64,000 nucleotides of DNA from a bacterium (GTDB lineage Bacteria; Verrucomicrobiota; Verrucomicrobiia; Limisphaerales; UBA11358), in the NCBI GenBank assembly GCA_021817945.1, contig JAKAFL010000002.1, positions 84,929-148,928 on the forward strand. Direction: 5' to 3'. Below, piece after piece: positions 1 through 10,277 of the stretch; positions within the stretch are counted from its first letter, which is position 1, and the number at the start of each line of letters is the position of its first letter. The position numbers were made by a program, and so were the translations under genes. The notes beneath the pieces are model-generated. The model had not been told where the DNA came from. It saw only the letters and a list, made by a program, of their open reading frames with translations, and ran no database searches.

Positions 1-777
1 ACCGAAGCCACATTGAAGCTGCTTCCCCTGCCACCCTTTCGGGCCAACCTGGCAGCGGGGTTCCCCTCCATGGCAACCGCCGTGGAGGCCCTTCAATCCA
101 TTTTTTCCGCCGGTTTTTTGCCCTGCGCCCTGGAGCTGGCGGATGAATTCACGCTGGCGGCGGCGGCCAGACGAACCGGAAGCCGGCGCCTGCTGGGATG
201 CGGGGCCCACCTCATCTGCGAACTGGATGGACAGGAAAAATCCGTGCGGGGTGAGATCCGGGAGTTGGAACGGATCATCCGTGGATCGAAGCCGTCTTTT
301 GTGGATCGGGGATTGGGCGCGGCGGCGTGTGAAACCGTATGGAAGATTCGCCGGGAGTTTTCCTATGCCCTGAGGGATACGGGGCTGACCAAACTAAACG
401 AGGATGTCGTGGTGCCCCGAAGCAAACTGGCGGGATTATTTCGATTCGCCGCGCAAATGCAAAAGCGCCATGGATTGCAATTGGCCTGCTTTGGCCATGC
501 CGGGGATGGCAACATCCATGTGAATGTGATGGTGGATATGAACCGTGAAGGTGCCTCAAAACAATCTGAAGCCTGCCTGGACGATTTATTTCAATGGGTG
601 ATCGCGTCCGGCGGCGCCATAACCGGGGAACATGGCGTGGGTCTGGCCAAGAAACGGTGGTGGCCCATGGCAGTTTCGGCAGAAGCCCAAGCCCTGCACC
701 TGACCGTCAAAAACGCCCTGGACCCCAATGGCATTTTGAATCCGGGCAAATTTTTGGATTCCAATCTCAAGAAATGA
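1..777 (+). CDS. FAD-linked oxidase, C-terminal part (GlcD / D-lactate dehydrogenase-like); 5' end outside window
   Basis: Frame is open from nt 1. Motifs GHAGDGNIHVNV and ITGEHGVGLAKK...LDPNGILNPGK are typical of the FAD-oxidase C-terminal domain. Confidence 0.8.
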   Translation, partial: TEATLKLLPLPPFRANLAAGFPSMATAVEALQSIFSAGFLPCALELADEFTLAAAARRTGSRRLLGCGAHLICELDGQEKSVRGEIRELERIIRGSKPSFVDRGLGAAACETVWKIRREFSYALRDTGLTKLNEDVVVPRSKLAGLFRFAAQMQKRHGLQLACFGHAGDGNIHVNVMVDMNREGASKQSEACLDDLFQWVIASGGAITGEHGVGLAKKRWWPMAVSAEAQALHLTVKNALDPNGILNPGKFLDSNLKK

Positions 778-820
778 TTTTGGGCGTCAAATAACTTTTG
801 GGAGATTTCTCAAACGCCCG

Positions 821-849
821 AAAAAAAAGCCAACTCAAGACGAGTTGGC
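821..849 (-). terminator. Intrinsic terminator closing the minus-strand glycan gene array
   Basis: Perfect 8-bp stem GCCAACTC/GAGTTGGC (829-836, 842-849) with a 5-nt loop. On the minus strand it is followed directly by eight U (A-run 821-828). It lies 30 nt after the stop of the TPR gene. Confidence 0.65.
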
Positions 850-878
850 TGGAACCAGACAGAGAAATGGAAAAACCC

Positions 879-2540
879 TCAGGGGGTCAGGCCAAATAAT
901 TTCCGTTCTTCAGGCAGAAGGTTGGGATTGGTGGCGGCGCGTGCCAGGTATTCACGGGCCATTTTCTCATGGCCATTGGCCCGCAAAACGAGGCCGTAAT
1001 AGCCCGCCACGCCGGTATCGGAAAGCGATTTGACATCAAATGGGGCAAAGACTTTCAAGGCATCGGCCGGCCGGTTCTGCTCGTAAAGAGAGAAGGCGTA
1101 GGTGGATGCATAAGAGATATTGGTTGGCTCCATGCCGTAAACCTGACTGGAGAGATCGAACGGTTTCAGCTCGGTTTCATTCAACAACAAGGCGGTCATG
1201 GCCAGGTTGTTTTTGGCCTGCAAATCGTTGGGGTCCTGCTCCACCTGCTGCTCAAAGAGGTTCATCAATTCACGCGTGCGCCCGCCGGCCTCGAGGTTTT
1301 TCATCATGAGCGGTACGGCCCACTTGGCTTCGGGATGATGCTTTAAGATGGAGGACAGCAGGTCTGTCTGCTCTGCGGTCCATTTCCATTCCATGGTTAG
1401 CTGGAGCAGAACCGTCAGGTTTCTGAGACCCACACCGGCGCCCTGCACGGCCTTGGCCCATTCGTCATTCATGGAATCGGTCAATTGTTCGCCGTAAAAC
1501 GCCTTGGCGAGGAGGGCATGGCGCATGAAATCCACGATCTGCCAATTCTGTGCCTGGAGGGATTGTTGCAGGCCGGACCAATCATGCAGGGCCATGCGGC
1601 ATTCGGCGGAGAGCATGGCCACCGGCTGGTTGGTTTGCAACGAGCGAGGCAGGCGCGTGAGCCAGTCCAGGGGGCGGTCTGCCGGAAGATGCCCTATTTC
1701 CCATTGGGCGAGGGAATTGATCAAATCCACGTTTTTACCCGCGGCAGCCTCTGCGCTGACCAAGGCGGGGCTCAAGCCCGGGTCCGAGGCGCGCTGCAAC
1801 AGGTCCAGTTGGAGGAGGCGGTCGGAGAAGGATGAATCCGGCTCGGCCAGCAATTTCCTGGAAAGTGCCAGCGCGGAGCGCATTTTTGAATGGACGAAAT
1901 CATCGGCGATCAACTCCCGCATGGCGCGGCATCGGTATGAGGCGTTTGTTCCTACTGCAAAGGCGTTTAGCTGCTGCACCGCCTCGGCCACGGACACCTG
2001 ATTGGTGCTGTGCAGGCGGATGACCGCCAGGTTCATTCGGGGGGCCTCGCTTGCGGGGTCCAGGCGGGTGGCGGCGGAAAAAGCCGCCTCGGCTGCCAGC
2101 GGTTCATGCAATGCGATGTCCAGAACACCGATTGCATTTTGGTATTGGGCGGTGTTCTGGCCGGATGCCGGGATCTGGTTCAGGGCATTGGTGGCAATAC
2201 TGAGATTATGCACCCCCAAGGCCACCATGGCCAATGCCACGCGGTCCTCGGTCGAGTTGGGGTCCAGGTCCACCACGCGCTGACGCCATTGCAGCTCATT
2301 CCCGCGGGGGTCGCCCGCCACCATGTCAGCCATCAGGCGGGTGGCCTCCACATTGCGTTTGTCCAGGCGGAGAACCTCCGAGAGGCTTAATCGCGCCTCG
2401 TTGAATTGGCCATGGGCGACGAATTGGCGGGACATCCGCATCAATCCCGCCTCCTTTGACCTTGAATAGCTCATAAAGGCCACGTAACCAACCAACAAAG
2501 CCAAGGTGGAAGCCAGACCGATGACAAAAAGTTTTTTCAT
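879..2540 (-). CDS. Membrane-anchored TPR-repeat protein
   Basis: 553-aa ORF with an N-terminal hydrophobic helix (FVIGLASTLALLVGYVAF), then Ala/Leu-rich helical repeats of TPR type. It is the last gene of the array. Confidence 0.65.
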   Translation of the reverse strand: MKKLFVIGLASTLALLVGYVAFMSYSRSKEAGLMRMSRQFVAHGQFNEARLSLSEVLRLDKRNVEATRLMADMVAGDPRGNELQWRQRVVDLDPNSTEDRVALAMVALGVHNLSIATNALNQIPASGQNTAQYQNAIGVLDIALHEPLAAEAAFSAATRLDPASEAPRMNLAVIRLHSTNQVSVAEAVQQLNAFAVGTNASYRCRAMRELIADDFVHSKMRSALALSRKLLAEPDSSFSDRLLQLDLLQRASDPGLSPALVSAEAAAGKNVDLINSLAQWEIGHLPADRPLDWLTRLPRSLQTNQPVAMLSAECRMALHDWSGLQQSLQAQNWQIVDFMRHALLAKAFYGEQLTDSMNDEWAKAVQGAGVGLRNLTVLLQLTMEWKWTAEQTDLLSSILKHHPEAKWAVPLMMKNLEAGGRTRELMNLFEQQVEQDPNDLQAKNNLAMTALLLNETELKPFDLSSQVYGMEPTNISYASTYAFSLYEQNRPADALKVFAPFDVKSLSDTGVAGYYGLVLRANGHEKMAREYLARAATNPNLLPEERKLFGLTP

Positions 2541-2599
2541 TTTTTAGTTTTCCATCCCAAAACCAAAACCTGCCGTTTCAAAACCGCCACTGAAAACCG

Positions 2600-4546
2600 C
2601 TACTTCAAACTGCCTTCCGCCACGGCTTTGGATTCTTTGGCGTCGGGGCTTGCCGCAGGAGCCCGGCCAATGATGATGATCTGTTCCCCGCTGGTCCACT
2701 CGCTCAGTTCCAAACCATGCTCAAGGCATGTTTGGCGCACTGCGGCGCTGGATTCCGGGGTTAAATCAGCCGTCACCACGATGGCATTGATGCCATGCCT
2801 GGCGATCAAGGCGGCAAAATCCCCGCGTCCACCCAGGACCGGGTAACCATACACCCATCGCCCGTGGAGAGTCGAGTCATCATCAACCAATCCCACGATG
2901 GATCGGCCTGTGGATATTTCCGCATTGGCAAAGCTGAGGTACCGCAACCAAAGCCAGCAGCGGGAGCCGGCGCCATAGACCAGGATGCGGCGACGCCCCA
3001 TCTTGGCAGAATCCCCGAAACGAGACCAGCCGACCAATTCCTCGACGACCCGGTAAAACACGCGCAGGGCCAGAATGGCGGGCTGGCCAATGGCAAAAAT
3101 GCTGAGGGCCACGAGCAGGATTTTCTGGTACTGGTTGTCCGGGTAAATCAGGAGCGCCAGGCCCAGGCTCAGCATCAGTCCCAGGACCAGGGTCAGGAAA
3201 AGAATGAGCACATCCCGCAACCGCGCGCGGCTCCAAATGGTGATGTAGGTGCGGGAAGCAGCCAGCAGCGCGAAGGTGGGGGTGAGCCAGATGGGAAGGC
3301 TGACGAACCAATCATACCAAAAATCCGAGGTATAGGTTTCGGTCAAAAATTTGGCCACCAATACGGCCAGGCTCATCCAGGCCATGTCCCAGGCGGGATA
3401 GGCCAGCGCCTTGAAAGTGATGGGCGTGGGGCGGCGCAGGCCCCGCATCAGGGCATTTCCGGTATCCCGCAGCTCGATGATGGCCAAATGCCTCAACAAC
3501 ACATAAGCGCCCGCCAGGAAGGCGATCAAAAAGATGCCCGCAGCGTGGGATTCGAACATGGTCACCATCAGGCCAAAAACCACCAGGGCGATATTGCCGA
3601 CACAGAGGACCATGGCTACACGACGGGTGCTGAGGCCGGATTTGAGCAGCCGATGATGGAGGTGATCCAGGTCCGGCTGCATGATTCCTGATTTTCCGTG
3701 ATTTGAGCCTTCGGGACCTTCCGATACCCAGAGGCTGCGCACAGACCGGCGCCAGATGGCCAGCATGGTGTCATAAATGGGCACGCCCAGAACCAGCATG
3801 GGAATGGCGAGCGAGAGGAGGAAGGTGTTTTTGGTGCAGGTATCCAGGGAAATGACGCCAAGCATGAAACCCAGGAACATGCTCCCGGTGTCGCCCAGGA
3901 AAATGCTGGCCGGATGGAGGTTGTAGCGTAGAAAGGCCAGGCAAGCGCCTATCAAACCCATCAGCACCATCACATTGCCGGGCATCCGGCCCAGAATGAA
4001 AACGCCGCACAAGCCCACTGCGGAAATGCACGCCAACCCGGAGGCCAAGCCATCCAGGCCATCAATCAGGTTGAATGCATTGATCACCGCCAGGAGCCAT
4101 AAAACCACCACGATATGATCCAGCCAAATCGGCATGTGCAGCCCGAAAAAATCGCCGAATTGTGTTCCTGAATACGTCATGAGGAGGGCCGCGCACGCCT
4201 GGCCGGCCAGCTTGATGATCGGGCGCATACCCCGCACGTCATCAATCACGCCCACCACCAGCAACACCAGGGAAGCCGCCACGAAATGCCGCCACCAATG
4301 AACGCTCAGGTTGCCTGCCACATCGGGCCAGGGGAAACACATGGCCACAAGGCAGGCCACATGCACGCCTATCACGATGGCCAGGCCGCCGCCCCGCGCC
4401 GTGGGTTGTTTGTGAGGCCGCCGGGCATTGGGCAGGTCCACGACCCCATACCGGCGGGCCAATGCCCGGACAATGGGGGTGAGAAAATACACCACCACAA
4501 ACCCGGTCAAAAAAACCGCCACATATTTGTTAAACGATCCGAACAC
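2600..4546 (-). CDS. WecA/MraY-family polyprenyl-phosphate HexNAc-1-P transferase fused to 4 extra TM helices and a C-terminal Rossmann-like (CoA_binding_3-type) module
   Basis: PNPT signatures VIDDVRGM and NAFNLIDGLDGLASG. The C-terminal RILVYGAGSRCW...IVGLVDDD...YPVLGG...INAIVVTA resembles the N-terminal module of WbaP/PglF-class proteins. Confidence 0.75.
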   Translation of the reverse strand: MFGSFNKYVAVFLTGFVVVYFLTPIVRALARRYGVVDLPNARRPHKQPTARGGGLAIVIGVHVACLVAMCFPWPDVAGNLSVHWWRHFVAASLVLLVVGVIDDVRGMRPIIKLAGQACAALLMTYSGTQFGDFFGLHMPIWLDHIVVVLWLLAVINAFNLIDGLDGLASGLACISAVGLCGVFILGRMPGNVMVLMGLIGACLAFLRYNLHPASIFLGDTGSMFLGFMLGVISLDTCTKNTFLLSLAIPMLVLGVPIYDTMLAIWRRSVRSLWVSEGPEGSNHGKSGIMQPDLDHLHHRLLKSGLSTRRVAMVLCVGNIALVVFGLMVTMFESHAAGIFLIAFLAGAYVLLRHLAIIELRDTGNALMRGLRRPTPITFKALAYPAWDMAWMSLAVLVAKFLTETYTSDFWYDWFVSLPIWLTPTFALLAASRTYITIWSRARLRDVLILFLTLVLGLMLSLGLALLIYPDNQYQKILLVALSIFAIGQPAILALRVFYRVVEELVGWSRFGDSAKMGRRRILVYGAGSRCWLWLRYLSFANAEISTGRSIVGLVDDDSTLHGRWVYGYPVLGGRGDFAALIARHGINAIVVTADLTPESSAAVRQTCLEHGLELSEWTSGEQIIIIGRAPAASPDAKESKAVAEGSLK

Positions 4547-4606
4547 TCTATTGGCTTTATATGTTAATTGTTTTCGTTAAATAGTTTACTTAAAAAAAAC
4601 AGGAAA

Positions 4607-5863
4607 TCATGATCCATGATTATTGACAGACATCAAGTCCTTAAGCACCGCCCCAAACCGAGGCACCAACTGTCGGCTCGAAAAACCCCGAGCCAGCATC
4701 CTAACCCCATTTGCCCCTGGCTGGAGCCGCAATTCTTTGATTTTTAATATATGGTCTTTCACGATACCGGATTCCCCGTGTTTCGCCATGGATTGAGCTG
4801 TTTCCGTGCCGCCCGCTTCGAGAATTCGCGAAATATGGCTCGGTTTGGGTCCCACATACAATAATGGGGCACCCACAAGCATGATATTATAGATTTTACA
4901 GGGATGCACAATACCCACAAAAGGATCGCCCATCACCACCAAGTGCAAGTCCGCCGCCGAGAGCGACCCGGCCAGTTGTTCAATGGGTTGGTAGGGCAGG
5001 CAGAGGATGTTCGCCAGCCCCTTGGATTCCTTGAAGGCTTTGACTCGTTTGAATTCGCTGCCGCCGCCCACAAAGCAAAAGGCAATATCGGACCGGTCCG
5101 CCAAATCCGCTGCGGCGGCCAAAACCGTGTCCAAGGGATGACACGGGCTATGATTGCCGGCATACATCACCACGAACTTGCCATCCAAACCGTGGGCCTG
5201 GCGAAACCTGGCCCTTCCCGCCTCGTCAAACCTTACATCCTCATCGTGGGACCAGGGCGGGACGACCTCGATTTTTTCGGAGGCAATACCCTTCTGCAAA
5301 ATCCGATCCCGCATGAATTCGTCGAGGACAATGATCTTTGACGCGGTTCGGAGGCTGAATCGGGAGCAAAATTCCAGGGCTTTGGCGACGGGTGAATGGG
5401 GGTTGAGCCAGCCTGCGGCCACGGCTTCATCCGGGTTCAGGTCCATCACCCAGTAGCAGAGCCGTCCGCCCCGCAATCGCACATACAGGGCTCCAATGAA
5501 CGAGATGATGGGCGGGGAAGTGAGGGTGACCACCAGGTCCTGCCTGGGCAGGCGCATCAGTTTGAAGCAGCAGGAAATGATGAAGGTGGCAAAATCAATG
5601 ATCCTGGAGAGCTTGGACCGCTTGCCGAATCCCGTGTTGGAAACGCGGTCAATCCGGATGCCGCGCCAGGATTCGCGTTTTGGGAAAAGCTTTGCTGGGT
5701 TGTCATAAGCGCGGCGGCTGGCCACCACGGTCACCTCGTGACCCGCCTCCTGCAACCATACCGCCAGGTCCTTGAGATGCTGGGCCGTGGAAACCAGGTC
5801 GGGATAGAAAGTCTGATTGATCAGTGTGATGCGCATCTTTGTAACACTTTTTAAAAATGGCAA
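4607..5863 (-). CDS. GT-B glycosyltransferase (GT4, WcaI/WbuB-like)
   Basis: MRITLINQTFYPDLVSTAQHL...GHEVTVV N-terminus and a GT-B C-terminal half. The true start is likely the internal Met at nt 5836. Confidence 0.75.
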   Translation of the reverse strand: MPFLKSVTKMRITLINQTFYPDLVSTAQHLKDLAVWLQEAGHEVTVVASRRAYDNPAKLFPKRESWRGIRIDRVSNTGFGKRSKLSRIIDFATFIISCCFKLMRLPRQDLVVTLTSPPIISFIGALYVRLRGGRLCYWVMDLNPDEAVAAGWLNPHSPVAKALEFCSRFSLRTASKIIVLDEFMRDRILQKGIASEKIEVVPPWSHDEDVRFDEAGRARFRQAHGLDGKFVVMYAGNHSPCHPLDTVLAAAADLADRSDIAFCFVGGGSEFKRVKAFKESKGLANILCLPYQPIEQLAGSLSAADLHLVVMGDPFVGIVHPCKIYNIMLVGAPLLYVGPKPSHISRILEAGGTETAQSMAKHGESGIVKDHILKIKELRLQPGANGVRMLARGFSSRQLVPRFGAVLKDLMSVNNHGS

Positions 5864-5901
5864 TGAACGGTATTATCTAATGTAGTGTCCCTCAAGTCCA
5901 T

Positions 5902-6309
5902 TTAAGCATCTGTGGCCAATTTCTCTCGTGCGCGTTGGATTTTTTTCAAGATTTCGGCTCCCTTGGCCCTCCACTCATACCGCACAGGATAGGGATTGCG
6001 CTCGGCCAAATACCCGAGGATGGCTTCGGTGGGTTGCTTTGTGCTGGTGAAGCTTCCATCCCGAACAACATATTCGCTCAGATCTCGGAAGAACCTCTCG
6101 ACCAGGTGCATCCAGGAACTACTGGTCGGGGCGAAATGGGGATCGATGGGCAATGGACCTGGGTAATTGAAAATGGTTCGCCCCGTCCCTATCAAATCCA
6201 TCCTCATTTTAAAGCCCTCTCGGGCAGAATTTGTGGTTCCAACCATAACTTGCCGCCCGGAGGCGAATGCTGGTTGGATGACGGAGCGCATGTTTGCCTT
6301 GCAAATCAT
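5902..6309 (-). mobile_element. IS630-family transposase remnant (C-terminal fragment only)
   Basis: HFAPTSSSWMHLVERFFRDLSEYVVRDGSFTS...ILGYLAERNPYPVRYEW matches the conserved C-terminal end of IS630 DDE transposases. The upstream catalytic part is absent or degenerate and no terminal repeats were seen. Confidence 0.65.
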
Positions 6310-6806
6310 AAATTAACATTTTTTTATGGAGTAAAAGCCTATGGTTTGGCTCACAATTTCTGCTAAGAAGGCTCAATAAGGACGTCTCCTCCTCGATCCG
6401 CGAAAGTTGAACTTTGAGGGTCGCGACACAAAGTCATAATAACCTCGTTGGACCAAATAAATCCATCATCGCCGGTCCGAAAATTAAAAATCCGGCCGTC
6501 AAACCAGCGGCCAAAATTGATGACATTTCTATTTCCAAAATGAATTTTTCTTCCGTTTAAAAAACTGCAGCCTACTTGAATTGGCGTCCCCTGCCCAATT
6601 GAGCCGAGTCAGCGCCGCAAATAGGTTTTCTTCAAGGCGCTGCATGGAATTTTGCCAACTCCTGAATTGTAGGCAAACGCCACCATATTGCCGACTAACA
6701 ATCGCCAATTCAAAATGACATCTGCCTAAGCATGGCCTTTTTCTTTTTCCAATTCAATGCCCACCCGCCCCAGAGCCAAGACAAAGAATCCAAGTCATTG
6801 GTTATT

Positions 6807-8021
6807 TTATGCACCAGCATCCACTAAAAGTTCTCGAAAATGTTCGACTGAAAAATGTTTGATCGCCAATGGTGCCTTTTCCATTGATTGCATTTTTAAA
6901 GCGCTGACTTTTTCTTCAAGTTGACGCAATGCAGACACAAGGATCTCCACATCCCCGTCCTCACATTCCACCGCAGCCCCAAATTTCTTGGCCTGCTGGG
7001 CCAGGGTTGTTCCCCGGGTAACGACCACGGGCAACCCATTCACCAGCGCTTCAATGACAACTCTGGACGCACGAAGCCCATAGGAGGATCGCCGGTATGG
7101 AAGCGCCAAGGCATCTGTTCTAGCCAACCATTGGCCATATTCTCCTTCTCGAAAAAGCCGTCTGATTATTTCAACACGAGGATGATATTTAATGGCCTGA
7201 GGCAAACAAGCCATTTTCCCATCGGGTAATCTGAAATCATTCACCCATTGAAGAACAAACCTGGCCCGAGTGTTGGGAAACCGATTCAGGTACAACTCAA
7301 TCGCAGCAACCAGCACATCACTTCCCTTTTCGTATCTCCCAGGACCGTAGCAGCCAATTAGAATATCTTTTTTGTCCTCAGTCACTTTATCGAAGACAAA
7401 ATTCCGATTCACCGGCTGGACAGGATGCGGAAAATATCGAAATGGAAGTCCGAAAACCTTTTCCCCGGAATACCGCATCGCTTCGGTCTCAACACCCAAA
7501 ATGACTTTGCCTGCCTTGACCTCCTTGGACAATCCGCGCAAGATCAATCGCATCAACTTTGCCGTATGGCTTTTTGCCAGACTCTCTCCATTCTCATCTT
7601 GCGTGATAGGCAATCCTGGAAAAAAGAGAAGCACTTTAACTGTTTGGCATTTCAACCGAAGTTTGGCCAGCGAATACCAGCCGACAAGATGATGGACCGT
7701 GGCCGTCGGGACAAAATAAAACTTGATCCCATTATCGTTTTGCAAGGAAAGGCTCACCGCCTGATAGGTTTTTAAACCATGCCATGGAACGCGTGCGTAA
7801 CGCCGCCATGTCGGCGCGCTGTCGCTTAATTTCCTATAAATAGACCCGGGCAAAACAGCTTTGGAGGCAAACTTTTGAAGCACCTCGGAACTGGCATTTT
7901 TTGGAACGAAAAACAAAACTTCATCGCCCAATCCCTTCAGTTCGTTTTGAAAACCAAGCAAATACTCGAACCAATGCCCAGCCCGATCTGTAAGCGAGTC
8001 CTCAACGATTACCCAATTCAT
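6807..8021 (-). CDS. GT-B fold glycosyltransferase
   Basis: 404-aa ORF. The C-terminal half (ALPYRRSSYGLRASRVVIEALVNGLPVVVTRGT) has the Glycos_transf_1 pattern. Confidence 0.6.
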   Translation of the reverse strand: MNWVIVEDSLTDRAGHWFEYLLGFQNELKGLGDEVLFFVPKNASSEVLQKFASKAVLPGSIYRKLSDSAPTWRRYARVPWHGLKTYQAVSLSLQNDNGIKFYFVPTATVHHLVGWYSLAKLRLKCQTVKVLLFFPGLPITQDENGESLAKSHTAKLMRLILRGLSKEVKAGKVILGVETEAMRYSGEKVFGLPFRYFPHPVQPVNRNFVFDKVTEDKKDILIGCYGPGRYEKGSDVLVAAIELYLNRFPNTRARFVLQWVNDFRLPDGKMACLPQAIKYHPRVEIIRRLFREGEYGQWLARTDALALPYRRSSYGLRASRVVIEALVNGLPVVVTRGTTLAQQAKKFGAAVECEDGDVEILVSALRQLEEKVSALKMQSMEKAPLAIKHFSVEHFRELLVDAGA

Positions 8022-8104
8022 CTTCTTGCCTTATCAGACTTCCATGCAACTACAGAAATATTTTTACATTGCTGAACGGTCTGCTGCACATTGCCGGGGG
8101 CGAT

Positions 8105-9052
8105 TCAATTCCGACGCATAGAATGGCGCAATTGATTAATTTTTCGGATGCCCATCCATTTGCGGGCCAGCATTCCTGGTGAGAACCACCAGCCAGGGCC
8201 TGCCAAATAAGATTCGGCCTGACGCAAAGCCTCGTCGGCAACCACATCCAAGCCGCAAGCCAACAACTGCAAATACTCCTGCTCAAAAACCCGGACCAAC
8301 ACAGATCGCTGTAACAAGGTCGGTGCCCTTCCCTGCTGGCGGAGAAAATCCAGGTTGCTTTCAACAACCCGGCAGACGGAATCAAATCGAATTTTAAGAT
8401 CCCGAACGGCATCGCGGCTGCTAGGTGTGGACAACCGGTAAATGGCGCCGCTTGCCTCTCCCCATGCCAATGTGGCATCTTGCAAAACCCCGAACCAAAA
8501 TACTGCATCCTCTGATTGCACCCGGTCGAAATCTTCCGACCAAGGTTTCAAAGATTTCAGCCAACTTCTCCGAATTAGCGCCGCGTGCAAAATCCATGGC
8601 GGATAAGCTATTGAGATTTCTTGGACAGCACGGGAGGGGATTCCGAACGTGGCTGGACGACATATTTTGAGCTTTTGCCGTTCACCATCTGGAAACTCCT
8701 CCCAAAAGCCTGCCAAAATATTTGCAGCCGGAATTCCTTCCACCAACCCCAGGCGCTCCGCCAGATAATTTGGCGCCAGCAAATCATCGGCATCCAAAAA
8801 CAAAACCCATTCGCCTGAGGCGTAAGTTAAACCGTGGTTTCGGGCCGCGCCGGGCCCCACTTTTTCTGAAACAATCAGCCGGATGCGCGGGTCTTTAAAA
8901 TCCCGTACAACTTCGCATCCGTTATCGGATGATCCGTTCTCCACCACGATCATTTCCCAATCCAAAATCGTCTGGGCAATCACTGAATGGATGGTTTCAG
9001 CAATGTATGGCCCCTTGTTGTGGAGAGCCGTAATGATGGAGACTCGTGGCAT
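8105..9052 (-). CDS. GT2 family glycosyltransferase
   Basis: VSIITALHNKGPYIAETIHSVIAQT...MIVVENGSSDNG...FLDADD, the classic GT-A/GT2 N-terminal domain. Confidence 0.85.
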   Translation of the reverse strand: MPRVSIITALHNKGPYIAETIHSVIAQTILDWEMIVVENGSSDNGCEVVRDFKDPRIRLIVSEKVGPGAARNHGLTYASGEWVLFLDADDLLAPNYLAERLGLVEGIPAANILAGFWEEFPDGERQKLKICRPATFGIPSRAVQEISIAYPPWILHAALIRRSWLKSLKPWSEDFDRVQSEDAVFWFGVLQDATLAWGEASGAIYRLSTPSSRDAVRDLKIRFDSVCRVVESNLDFLRQQGRAPTLLQRSVLVRVFEQEYLQLLACGLDVVADEALRQAESYLAGPGWWFSPGMLARKWMGIRKINQLRHSMRRN

Positions 9053-9067
9053 TTCTTGAACTCTAAT

Positions 9068-10243
9068 TTAATGCGAATTTCCAACGGCTTTGAGCACTTC
9101 CGCAGCATTGACAGCCCAGGATGCAAAACCTTCATATTCATCCCAGCGCGGTTTACTTTCTTGGATTAAAAGCGATTTCATTCCACCAACCACCGCATCC
9201 AGCGAGTCTGGGGCGACCACGATTCCCAGATCGAATTTTTTGACCGTTTCAACCAACGCGCTAGGCGACCCCGAGGCCAGGACCTGTTTGCGTGCCCTTG
9301 CCGCCAGATTAAGGACGCCGCTTTGGGAATGAAAGCTGGAGGCGTAGGTGAGCAAAACAAAATCCGCCCCGGCAAAATATTTGCCAAGCTCTGCATCGTC
9401 CACAAACCCCTCAAAGAACCGGCATCGTCCGGCTACGCCCAACTCATCCGCCAGCGCCCGATAATCTGAAAACTGCCTGTCCTTTGGCGAGACCACAGAT
9501 CCCGCCACGACCAGAAAAGCCTTGGGCGCTTGGGCCAGTGCGCGAATGGATAAATCGAGGTTTTTGGCATCGCGCACAAATCCGAAGGCGAGGAAGACCT
9601 TTTGGCCAGGAGCAACACCCCATTCAGCCCGAATCGAAGCGGGATCAAAGCCACCAGGGCTGATTTCGTACAAGCCATGGGGGACAAAAACAGTTCGAAT
9701 TCGTTTAGGAACCATCGATGGATCGGCCAGAGCTTCATGGATGGTGACAAATTCCAGGGGAAGATACGCCAACCAGACAGACCATCGGTGCCACCATTTC
9801 GGTCCGACCGCATAACTTCTAACGGGATCGTGTAAATTGGCCGCATAGCGATTACCGAAGACCTTGGCCAGAAATAAATGAGGCCATATCCAGAGTGGGG
9901 CCATGTATTCGACGAAATTATGCAGGAAAACCAAATCAGGACGATGTTTTGCCACATGCCACGCCAACACCAGCCGACATACTGAATAGTTCCACAGCAG
10001 AATCAGTTTTTTAGGCCAATCACTTGATTCCAGCCTGATCCAACCGCCAATAAATTCCCGTTTAGCAAACGCAACAGGCCGACCATTCAAAAAGTCCGGA
10101 GTGGAAACAAAAATTATTTCGGCACCCGATTTGGACAAGGCCTCAGCCTGACAATAGGCATATTCGGCCAACCCACCCATGGATGCGCCCGCAAAATATA
10201 GAATTTTGGGATTTTTTATGAACTCATCCGTTTTCAAAAACAA
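9068..10243 (-). CDS. GT-B fold glycosyltransferase (GT4-like)
   Basis: 391-aa ORF with the C-terminal pattern FLVVAGSV...GRCRFFEGFVDDAELGKYFAGADFVLLTY...VLASG. Confidence 0.6.
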   Translation of the reverse strand: MFLKTDEFIKNPKILYFAGASMGGLAEYAYCQAEALSKSGAEIIFVSTPDFLNGRPVAFAKREFIGGWIRLESSDWPKKLILLWNYSVCRLVLAWHVAKHRPDLVFLHNFVEYMAPLWIWPHLFLAKVFGNRYAANLHDPVRSYAVGPKWWHRWSVWLAYLPLEFVTIHEALADPSMVPKRIRTVFVPHGLYEISPGGFDPASIRAEWGVAPGQKVFLAFGFVRDAKNLDLSIRALAQAPKAFLVVAGSVVSPKDRQFSDYRALADELGVAGRCRFFEGFVDDAELGKYFAGADFVLLTYASSFHSQSGVLNLAARARKQVLASGSPSALVETVKKFDLGIVVAPDSLDAVVGGMKSLLIQESKPRWDEYEGFASWAVNAAEVLKAVGNSH

Positions 10244-10277
10244 ATATTTAAGAAAAAGTTAAAATTGGAATAACAAC

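Noticed and set aside
2795-3691. Long antisense or overlapping ORFs inside real genes, for example 2795-3691, 16651-17259, 17287-17928, 42339-43136, 48080-48880, 58475-59110 and 60183-60965.
   Set aside because: These are shadow ORFs typical of high-GC coding regions. They have biased composition and no recognisable motifs. The opposite-strand genes have clear family signatures.
6310-6806. Possible decayed coding remnants next to the IS630 fragment. Minus-strand fragments read WWRLPTIQELAKF and NGRKIHFGNRNVINFGRWFDGRIFNFRTGDDGF, which is vaguely DUF1566-like.
   Set aside because: The fragments are short, lie in different frames and are interrupted by stops. The similarity is too weak to call without a profile search.
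8050-8508. A 152-aa ORF overlapping the 3' part of the GT2 gene 8105-9052, and similarly 40824-41363 overlapping the wzc 3' end.
   Set aside because: They overlap well-supported genes out of frame or on the opposite strand and have no motif content.
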